From Scyliorhinus canicula (Eukaryota): DNA of 64,000 nucleotides. Positions 25,834 through 36,214 of this stretch are shown piece by piece. The position numbers were made by a program, and so were the translations under genes. The stretch spans positions 124,001 to 188,000 of the forward strand of contig NW_024055479.1 of NCBI RefSeq assembly GCF_902713615.1. The letters run 5' to 3'. The notes below the pieces were generated by a model, which was not told the origin of the DNA, did not search any database, and worked only from the letters and a program-made list of their open reading frames with translations. Each line of letters opens with the position of its first letter. The stretch's first letter is position 1.

Positions 25834-26707
25834 ACGGTCAACACCTCTGCTTCATACCTCTGTTTGTTGGAGCTTGTTGTGCTCAAATTACCTGCTGTAG
25901 TTCCAACGTTACAACAGTTTCTAAATTCAGAAAAAGTAGATCAATGAGTTTTAAGTGTTTTGGAAAAACCTACTGTCGGGTAATGCGTCCCATTGATGCA
26001 AGTTCTTTCGAAATGTTAACATTTTAAAATGCAAGTAGTGAAACGTTGGAAACTCTGAGATTAATGTGATTATAGGTCACTCCACTGACTGATATTTTCA
26101 ATTATCCAGTTCAAATGAGTGAAATCTTCAATCAGATTAACCGTCTGTGGTATACCAGCCTATTAAAAGAAGCTTCATTGATTGTGATATCTGAACTTTC
26201 AAACTGAATTCTGAATTTAAATGTTTTTTTATTTGAATTAAATAACATGTGTCGGACGTTCAAGAAGTCTCTCTTCATTTTGAACCAACTGACTTAAAAT
26301 ATGTCCCTATTTTGAGTTGAAAATAATCAATAACATACTATGTCTATCTGGTTTTGCTACCATGCACACTTTATTGTAACCAAGGAGTTGCTTATGTAAA
26401 TAAATACAGAAACAGAAGCCCAGAATAGATTGTGGACTGACAAAAACACAACAAATATTTCCCCGATAGCGTCGGGATTTTTTCACCCATAAAATCTGGA
26501 GGAACTGAATGTATTGGACTGACACAAAGGAAAACAGGACCTGTTCAATTTACGAATTAGTCAAGCACAAGGTGAGAACAGCATGTGTCAGGCCTATCTG
26601 TCGATACATCTATCAAATCATTCATTGATTCCACGAACAAAATATTTCGGCATTGATGTATTGTTCATTCGAGCATCAACATTATCATTACTTTTTGTGT
26701 GGTGTGG

Positions 26708-26930
26708 GGACAGACAGTGGCATAGTATTGATGGTATTGGTCTGGTAATCCAAAGGCCGAGGTCAATGATCTGGCGTAAGGCAGCTGGTGGAATATGAAC
26801 AAATCTGAAATACATGGTAATGGTGAACTTGGAAACACCTCTGCTTCACCAGTGAAGAAAATTAGCCATCCTTACCTGGTGTCACTGACATGTAACTCTA
26901 GGCGGACAGCAATGCGACTGACTCTGCAAT
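26708..26930 (+). mobile_element. SINE family C, decayed
   Basis: CAGTGGCATAGT...GTAATCCAAAGGCC...GGCAGCTGGTGGAAT...CCATCCTTACCTGG, similar to 52230-52570. Confidence 0.5.
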
Positions 26931-27990
26931 GTCTACTAATATGACCCAGCAAACCACTCACCTCAAGAGTACTGGGGACCGGCGACAGATGCTAATCTTC
27001 CCAGAGACTCCCAAATCCCATGGACGAATCAAGGGGAAAACACAAATATCCATGTTTATCTATTGCAAAATGTATCCTCTGCCTGATAGTCTGCCTTTCT
27101 TTATTTCTATACATCCATCACAATATTATGAGATATTGGAGGGATCTTCCAACAGTTTCTGTTGCCAACATGGTGTCAAAGAAGCTGGATAACTCTCCTC
27201 TCCTGACAGATGGGAACTGTTCACATAAGTTCACAATTCAAAACATAGAAAATGATCTCCAGTGGTGTTGCTGGGTGAGTTTGTCTATAAATAGTCTTCT
27301 TGAAAATACAGAGAGTTTGAAGTTGGCTTGCAGCACCAAGGAACCCATGTATTTTGTTTACTGCAAAAAGCCACCAGATGCTTCCTGTCAATGAGACTGC
27401 CTGGCTGCAGCCAGTTGGGTTGCTGCCAAATACTGTGTGAGACAGATCCGCGCCAATATGAATGGACAAAGTGGGATTCAGCCACGACGAATCAATGTTG
27501 TAATCGCACCTGAAGTACACATTTTAAATGTTATTTCACAAAAATAATCATTTTTAGTGAATTCCCTGTTCAACGTGAGATATAAAACGATCCTAAAATA
27601 GTAAACTAAGAATACAGTGTTTAATTTGTATACTTGCCAAGTAAAATTAATTCAAGTTATTAAAGACGGTTATTGAGAACGTCATGAAGTGCGAATGAAA
27701 TGGATGTTCCCATAAACAGCATCTAATGGGGTCAGTGGGATGGCAAAAATACATTTATATTAAATTAAAAGAGAATCATAGTATCATTTGGAATATTCAC
27801 CGTGTTGAGCCCCTCATTTAAACGGAGGCATCTATGATACCCAATTAGCACCGTGTTCTGTACAGTTTAATTTGTGCTGATTTCCATTATTTAACAATCC
27901 CTCTTATTGCTGCCAATGAGTGGAGAAATGACCCGTTCATGACCTGTTTTAGTGGAAGATAAAACATTTATTCTTGTGATATTTTATTAT

Positions 27991-28200
27991 AGAACAGTAC
28001 AGCGCAGAACAGGCCCTTCGACCCTCGATGTTGTGCCAAGCAATGATCACCCTACTCAAACCCACGTATCCACCCTATACTCGTAACCCAACAACCCCCC
28101 CCTCCCCCCCCCCCCCCCCCCCCCCCCTAACCTTACTTTTTAGGACACTACGGGCAATTTAGCATGGCCAATCCACCTAACCCGCACATCTTTGGACTTG
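27991..28200 (-). mobile_element. HE1-like SINE 3' half with expanded poly(C)
   Basis: AGAACAGTACAGCGCAGAACAGGCCCTTCG...CCTAACCCGCACATCTTTGGACT; C-rich run at about 28095-28127. Confidence 0.85.
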
Positions 28201-28919
28201 TTATATTCCGCAAAGTCCCGATATCCTGTGTTCCCAACACTAGTGAATGTTAGACAGCCGGTGGCCAATACAAACTAGCTGCAATTATTTGGATGCTGAA
28301 GGAGAACTTTGCTGATCGCCGGATCCCTTCTGATTCATTAATTTTTCTGTCCAATGCTGATGTCAATTTTATGTTTCTCTGTCCACTCACAATGCGATAA
28401 CGGGGAAAACGGAGTTCTTTTCCCGCTAATATTTACAGGACTGTCTTAATCTCAAGAGAATTTCGTGAAATGTCAGGAGAAATATTGTATAATGTGAGAA
28501 TTCCTCTTACCCACAGTCCCACATTGTACAGTGATAGGCACCCACACGGGAAATACAATCACTTTGTTCATCCCGTCATTTGGTTACAGAAACCGATAAC
28601 AATTCCTCTGGTAGATAATACTTTATTGTTGTAATGGGAAAGAGACCCAAGGTGGTCGAAATCAGACTGACAGACGATTCGTTCCCTGATACTATCATTG
28701 AATCTGTTTATGTTCACTCCCTTATATTGGAGTGTAGAAATAAAGGGGCTTAATTTACAATGGAATTAGTTTTTATAACCAAATATTCAGATGTAATTTT
28801 GCCATTAGGAAGAGGAGAGGTATTACAACGAATCAATTCAGACAAATAAATATTCCGATACAGATAAAATGTCAGTTTTAATAATAACCCTATAGTAAAT
28901 CTCTGAGTCCATTCTGTTG

Positions 28920-29016
28920 GGGGTGTGGAAGGCGGGACGTGGATCCAGTCGCCGCCTCCACCAGGGAATCAACAGGCGGCGCCTGGAAAGCCGCCCCCTT
29001 CTGCCGGGTATTTAAA
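28920..29016 (+). promoter_or_regulatory. Candidate VH promoter (GC-rich boxes plus TATA-like element)
   Basis: TATTTAAA at 29009-29016, about 90 nt before the leader ATG, preceded by GGGTGTGG and GGCGGG in a local GC-rich patch within AT-rich DNA. Function inferred from position only. Confidence 0.55.
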
Positions 29017-29107
29017 TGCCGCTCACTGGGACCCGAATCCAACAGTCCGGGAGCTGGTTTGTTCACTGAGTTCCTGACACAACCATTTCCCCCAAATGGC
29101 CAGAAGG

Positions 29108-29153
29108 ATGAGGTGGGCCATTTCTCTCAGTTTGTTGCTGACTTTCTTATCCC
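29108..29153 (+). CDS. IGHV: IgH leader exon 1 (signal peptide MRWAISLSLLLTFLS + 1 nt)
   Basis: ATG at 29108, 15 hydrophobic codons plus 1 nt, then donor GTGAGT at 29154. Joins in phase 1 to the acceptor TTTTTACAG|GT at 29282, giving R-V-Q-S before mature QVVLTQ. Confidence 0.95.
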
Positions 29154-29281
29154 GTGAGTAATTTTTATTGTCCAAGTCTCTCACTGTTACTGTCTCAGTG
29201 TTAGTCTCTCTCTGGAATGTTCCAGAGTCACCAATCATTTCACCAGCATTAATCCTCGGGCTTTTTGATATATTTTTACAG

Positions 29282-29646
29282 GTGTCCAGTCGCAGGTTGT
29301 GTTGACTCAGCCAGAGGCAGAGACCGGGCGTCCCGGAGGCTCCCTGAGACTGACTTGCAAAGCCAGCGGGTTCCGCGTAGGCGGCTTCAGCCTTCATTGG
29401 GTCCGATTCGTCCCCGGACAGGGTTTACAGTGGTTGCTTTACTATTATACTGCATCCAACAATTACTACGCCCCAGGGATTGAGAACCGATTTACTGCGT
29501 CCAAAGACCTTACGAAGAACATCTTCGCTTTGGACATACGGAATCTGAAGACCAAGACATCGCCATCTATTACTGTTCATGGCAGCCTACAAAATACTGG
29601 GGTGGCGAATACTGGGGACAAGGCACCATGGTGACAGTGACGGCAG
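29282..29646 (+). pseudogene. IGHV: Pre-joined VH-D-JH exon of an IgM heavy chain, frameshifted by a 1-nt deletion near 29554
   Basis: Reads [87 protein letters not shown], then after a one-base shift (ACC AA GAC) [30 protein letters not shown] and donor G|GTCAG at 29647. The exon is 365 nt where 366 is needed for phase 1/phase 1. No RSS lies between V and J. Confidence 0.93.
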
Positions 29647-29852
29647 GTCAGATTCTTGCATTTATTTATGCCTACTCACAAAGTTGTTGCCATTATTCCA
29701 ATTTTCTGGTTATGTTCCGAATTAAATAGTTTGTTGGCGAGCGGGCTCCTTGAATTCCATGTTGAATTTTAATTGTACCAGGCATTTGTTTTGGTTGGAA
29801 AAATATGCATAATAGAAGAAAAACAGCTGCGTCTCCATGAAACGTGTTTCAG

Positions 29853-30150
29853 CGCACGGTAGCACATTGGTTAGCACTATTGCTTCACAGCTCCAGGGTC
29901 CCAGGTTAGAGTCCCTGCTTGGGTCACTGTCTGTGTGGAGTGCACGTTCTCCCTGTGTCTGCGTGGGTTTCCTCCGAGTGGTCCGGTTTCCTCGCACAAG
30001 TCCCGAAAGACATGCTGTTAGGTAATGTGGACATTCTGAATTCTCCCCCTCTGTACCCAAACAGGCGCCGGAGTGTGGCGACTCCGGGCTTTTCACAGTA
30101 ACTTAAATGCAGTGCTAATGTAAGCCTACTTGTGACAATAAAGATTATTA
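29853..30150 (+). mobile_element. SINE with HE1-like head and family-B-like tail, about 200 nt into the J-C intron
   Basis: GCACGGTAGCACATTGGTTAGCAC...GGCTTTTCACAGTAACTT...GTGACAATAAAGATTATTA. Confidence 0.85.
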
Positions 30151-32004
30151 TTGACGTGATTTGGTATTTTTCTACGGTGGAGAAGATGTGACTGCGTTAC
30201 TTTGAATAAGTAAAATTTGTGGAAACATTTTGCGTTTCTGACTTGCTCATGCATTGTTTCAACTCCGTGAGATTGCGCGGTTAAACGTTAACTGATTGCA
30301 TGAAATACTTCAAGCACGATTGTAGGCAGAAAACAGGCAGACGTTAAAATGAAAAATTAACATTTTCAGATATGTTGGTGCATTTTTAAAAATTGTGATA
30401 ATTGCAGTTTAAATAAAGACAGGGTTTATGATGCTCGCTCAGAACATATTTTGTAACTGTGGTCACAAACTATTTAATTAACAAGTTCACCAAATGGAGA
30501 GTAAAATGAATGTCATTCAAACAGCTAGAATGAGCCAATATCTCTCCGTATTGAATAAAGGTGCGGTTAAATTAATATCATTATCATCAATCCCCTTTCA
30601 CAATGCTGCTGTGTACTGGGCACAAACAACATGAACGGAAAACTTCAAGTTGTAAGTATTTTTTTTATTATCCCTGCAAATATTTCAATAAGACATTCTG
30701 ATTCCAATCAGTGTTCAGTTTCACAAGCCATTTTGAAGTAATTGTTATATCCCAGGCTAAAACAGATAAATGAACGTTCGCATTTACTTACATAGGAGTT
30801 TTATATTGCATTTTGGCAATATATGCATCCGGTTATGATATTATTTGTGTGCAGCCGCAACTATATTATCCCATCAATTTTATTTGTACTTTGACAGTGA
30901 GGTAATTATAATTAACCTAATCCTAAACGGTTTTGTGAAGGAATTGTTAATAATGATGGTTAAATAGTTGGTGTATTTGCATATGGCTAGAGATTTGCAA
31001 ATAAAACAGGAAAGTGAGCGAATTATTTTAAATCAAAAGTCTGCCAGTAGCATCGAACCTGAAATCAATACCGTCTCCTATAACTGTGCTGCACACAGGA
31101 AAGAATCAGAGCTGAAATACTGATTATATCTGACCTTTATGGTTAGTTCTTTACTAAATATTACATTGAACAAGGAAATTGCGCCTTACTTTCTCGCAAA
31201 CGTTCTGAATGAATTGTTCCCAAGATTTAGATGCTTCAGTTTGGCTCTTCTCGAATTAATAATATATTTATTAACATATTTCCGGCAATTGTGTGAATTG
31301 CAGGTGTATTTTTGAAAAATTGCCCGAGTTATTAAATCCAGGTAGTACCGTTACCGCTCACAAACTGCGGATATATATAGGCCCTGGCAGTTTCTGATCA
31401 ATAAAGTTGCTGCCTGTAGGTTATAACACAGACATTTTTTAAATATTCACTCCTGTAATAATATATATAGTTACGATTTACGACAATATTTAAATATGAG
31501 AGTCTTGTTTTGCCAACCAGCTGATATTACAGCCCATAAACCGACCGTGCGAAGTGGCCCACTCAAAATTAGGAACTACTTAAAATATTCCACTCAAATG
31601 CATCATGTAAACCACTTACAGAGGATTAATTGAGGTTATAATACATGAACGTCTTTACGAATATTTTAGTGTTTACATGTTTGTCGGTAAAAAGGGCAGT
31701 TATAGGTATTGCCCATTTTAAATTCTTAAAATGTGATTAGATTTAAATAAAATGACATATATGTCTCAATATTTCCCTCTGTTAATTTTATTTGTATTAC
31801 GTAACATAGGTTAAGTGCCATACTAATTCAGTTTACCCCAATTATTTCACAAAGTATTAGGCAGAAACATATTTTGAAATGTCAAAATTATTTTTTATTA
31901 TTGAGTACAAATCTGTTAACAAGCAAATTAACTGTAACCATAATAACTCGAACTTATTCTACACACATGTGATCTCCTACAACTGAGTAATTTCAGTGAG
32001 CTCA

Positions 32005-32200
32005 TGGCCCCGGCCGTTAGGATTCACTCTTCCCGCCGGCGGCGCACCCCCTCCGGCGGCTTTCCCGACGGAGTGGGGTGGCTTAAATGGAAAATCCTAT
32101 TGGCAAGTGGCAGGAGGGGAGAATCCCCCCCGCCAACGAGCGGTGCGGCACCGAGCAAACGCTTCTCTTGGATGGGAAAAACCAGTCTCAGATCTCAACG
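32005..32200 (-). repeat. GC-rich short interspersed repeat (same family as 12047-12210)
   Basis: Abrupt GC-rich island in AT-rich intron DNA, similar in reverse orientation to 12047-12210. Confidence 0.55.
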
Positions 32201-32994
32201 GTTAGGAAGAATGTTTAATTGCATCCAAAATGAATTGAGAAAACAACACATATATTTCGTCAACTGTAAGATGCTCGGTAAGGAGCTTTGCCTTGATTTC
32301 TTTGTTAGCTACATTCCATTACGAAATTGTTATGTCAAACCTGTGGAGAATGAGTTTTGAATATGAATGCTTCCCGGTTTGTGTGTTGCTTCCCCTGTCA
32401 CTGCGTGTCTTTTAAGAACATCAAATTATCCCTAATCTGCAAAGCTTGATATGCTCATATTCAGGGAAACTAAATCTTTGTTTTTTCAAGACTGAATGTC
32501 AAAGGCGTTATTATTGTGGTAATGGATCATTGATCAAATAGAATCACACCGTTTGAATGAAATTGACAGACTGAACGTATTTATCTGCTGGAAACTCGGT
32601 TGTAGCACTGCTTGTGTCTGTTCAGTTCCATGCGCCTGGTCACTGTGTTGTACCAGGAACCTTGCTGACTGGTTGTAAACCTTCCGCTTCCTTCTCCTGT
32701 TTTTCAAGGCGTGCAATCGGATTAATTTCTTCAAAAAGTATGCATGATCAATGTGAAAGTTTGACTTCATATTTAATTGTATGCATCAGAAATCGGACTC
32801 CTGACAGACCGGGAAAATCACACACAATCGACAGCCTAGCAAAAGAGTTTAGTTCGATTTGTAACCAGTAATATTGGGACTGTTGAATTAGGCAATTTGA
32901 AGTGAATTTTACTCTACATTTAACTTTTGCTCCTAATGTTCTCTGAATGAGATGGTGCAGAAGGAGTGAACAGACGGCATGAAAAAGTATACAG

Positions 32995-33168
32995 AGGGCT
33001 GGTTTAGCACACTGGGCTAAATCGCTGGCTTTTAAAGCAGACCAAGGCAGGCCAGCAGCACGGTTCAATTCCCTACCAGCCTCCAATTAAAGGCGCCGGA
33101 ATGTGGCGACTAGGGGCTTTTCGCAGTAAGTTAATTGAAGCCTACTCGTGACAGTAAGCGATTTTCAT
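32995..33168 (+). mobile_element. SINE family B
   Basis: GGGCTGGTTTAGCACACTGGGCTAAATCGCTGGCTTTTAAAGCAGACC... Confidence 0.9.
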
Positions 33169-33184
33169 ATTGATCTAAGATTAC

Positions 33185-33790
33185 ATGGCAAGGCCAGCAT
33201 TTTTTGCAGTTTTCTAGTTTAGTTTCAGAAAGTGTCGTTGAATCCTATAGAGTCTATGGAATCCTTTCAGTGCAAAAGAAGGCCATTCGGACCATCGAAA
33301 GTGTAGTTACCCTCTTAAAGGGCACGTTACCTCGGCCGACTACGCGACTTATCCCCCTAACACCGTAGCCCCACCTAGCCTGCACATGGTTGGACTATGG
33401 TGGAACCCCGGAGCACCTGGAGGAGTCGCATTCTTAAACCGCTGAAACAATGTGTGTCAGTACACTCAAAGTAATGTTAGGAAGCGAATTGCATGATTAT
33501 CCCCAGGTAAGAGTAAAGAAATGATTATATAGTTCAAATCATGATAATTGTGTATTCAAGGAGAACTGAAGGTTACACTATCGTCAGTGGGAGCCATTCC
33601 ACTTTCAGCTGGTGGAGGGACGTGGGTTGGGAAGGAGCTTTGTCGAGTCGTTGTTGTAAGGGACACTGTGCACCGGAGGTAGAGAGAGTGAGTTTTTAAG
33701 GTGGTGGGTGTGGTGCGAATTTTGCTGGCGACATTGTTCTTGACAGCGTCGAATTTATTGAATGTTGTTGGATTGGCATTCATAGAGGCA
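33185..33790 (-). mobile_element. Decayed HE1-like SINE fragment followed by an L2/CR1-group LINE fragment
   Basis: 33245-33425 resembles the HE1 tail/body; 33556-33783 resembles 40960-41290 in reverse. Confidence 0.5.
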
Positions 33791-36214
33791 TATGGAATTT
33801 ATTCAATAGTTGTCCCCCTTTGTGTCTTCTCTAGATGATGGTCGGCTTTGATATAAAATTGTTGAGTTACTCCGGGAGTTGGGGGTTTGGTGGTGGAAGG
33901 AGGCGGAGAGACAGGACTTGGGGCGGGAGGGTATTCAGAGGCAAGAGAGTCAGGAGAGGTCATAACTTCATAATTGTCCTGTGCCTGACCTGAACGTCTT
34001 CTCCCCACATCATTAAACACATTTAATCAGCTTCAATCTCAATAAGTATGTTCGTAAACACAAATTCTCCCGTTACTCCTGTGAACTAATGCACTTTAAT
34101 TGATTTTAACAATCTTTCTAAAAAATGAACATGCATGCATTTTACTGAATTAATTATGTTTAGGCATTTGAGTACCAAATAATCATTCCATGAGAGCGAC
34201 CTGACTTTGAACGCGGTTTTATAATACTTTCAGGAAGTGAGAGCAATGCTCCAGCGAGCGGCGTCTGTTCTGGTCTGATAGGAAGCTGCAAGTTATTTTC
34301 ACTCCCGAAATAGAGAATGATTAGACGCCCATGCCAAATAACCAACATAAGAAACTTTTGGTTCAAATTATTATTTCATTCTATTCTTTGAAATTGTTCA
34401 CTGACAAAAATAACAGGATCGAGGTGCAAGTATCCCACTGGGCCACCATACAGAGTATAAAGCCACAAAACTACATTTCTGTCACATATTTCAAGTGCTG
34501 CATTTAGTCTGAAATCGGCTGTTTCATCATAAACCTAATTCCTTGTGTGCATTCGATTGACTCAGTTACCTCAGATTAATCAGATCCCTTTATTTTAACG
34601 TAAGTTTCCATTATTCCAAACAATATAATGATATCAAAGAGCTGCAAGGGAGTATTAAACATTTTCTCCCATCAAATGAGAAAGAATGTGTCCAATGAGT
34701 CCTACAGACTGGTAGAATTATGTCGTAGATAACTGAGTAATTCGGCTCATTATGCCCATTTTGACTCTAAAATAGTTCCAATTTGGACCCACAACTCGTA
34801 AATCTGTTAATTAATTGACATATCAAATCACTTTATTCATTCCAGATGCAGCGAACCGGGGCAGACACAATGATCTGGATGATCTTCTCATTTGCAGTAA
34901 CCACTCTATAATTCCAAAGTCAACACCTTCTGACTGGAGCAAAACACGTTCTGCATCACCCTAAATTTCCTAATTATTTTGTCAATTGTTTCCTTTCGAT
35001 AACCAGCAGAAACATTTTCTCCTCAACTATTATATTAACAATATCTCATCATTTTGAACATATCTCTCCAATAACCCCATAAGACACACGGTTAGAACGT
35101 GAACAAGTTAGCTGGTGTAACCTCTCTATAATATTGAACTCTCCCACACGTGATATCACCTTAGTACATCCTCTCCGTATTCTCCACAGGGACTTGACCA
35201 TTTCCCTAAAGTGGTGGTCAGAAGTTTTCAGAAGATAGCGCAGCCTGGTGAGTGCTTGAAAAACGTCATCATGAATTTCTCCTTGTCGGGGCTCCTATTT
35301 ACAAGACTTCCATTCGCTTTTCAAGCCACCTTAACAACCTTTCCTGCTGCTTTCAAAAACGTTGTCAATGTGCATCCCTCTAATTCTCCACCGTGACAAA
35401 AATTAGTAATCCTTGATATTCCATACTGTAGAGTGTTATTTCCGAATAACTCAGGTATCTGAATCAGCCACAAAACAGAAGTGCGAGTTGATCATATCAA
35501 CAGACTAGATGATTCCGTTCTTTTATCTATGTAACCCATTGACATATACTCGAATTATGACGTTTAATGAGTGCAAGCGTTGATGTATACACAAAATGTC
35601 TGTCCTGTGATCAAACAGAAACAGCTGGTAAAATAAATAAGAGGTAGAACTTAGGAAGTTAGATTGCTAAATGAAATAGACTATTTAAACAATGGCGTTT
35701 TATATTTTCAACGCATGGAATTGTGCTCAATTAGTAGTATTAATTGAGTTGTCGGGCTGGGGTGCGGGGCGACCAAACTTGAGATAGACATTCAGTAGAT
35801 CTGTGTAGAGAATGTATGGGAGAGCACAACTCTTTTTCAGAAGGAAATAGATAAACTAGATTAAATGACTATTCACACAAAAATTCAGTTCCAGGTATTA
35901 ACGTTTGTAAAATTATCCCTCGCAACGCCAATGTCAAATGTACATTTATATGTGAAAGGAGTCATCGACCAGTTATTTCAAATATCCATTACTGTCATGA
36001 GAACAAAGAAAATTAGGATGAAATCTGGTGGAGGTGTTTTGTACAACAGAAAGGGTTTCTTCTTACTGGAATTCAAGAAGTTATTTCCCCAAATCAGATG
36101 TTGGTCTATAAAATATATTTTGTTTAAATAAACATGGAAACATTTAAGGGAGAAAGGATTGCAATTTATAAACGCTTGGTTGTTAGGACCGGATATGGCC
36201 TGTCAAAAAGTAGA

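Noticed and set aside
26968-26990. TACTGGGGACCG as a stray JH
   Set aside because: Reads YWGPATD: no WGxG motif, no upstream RSS and no suitable donor.
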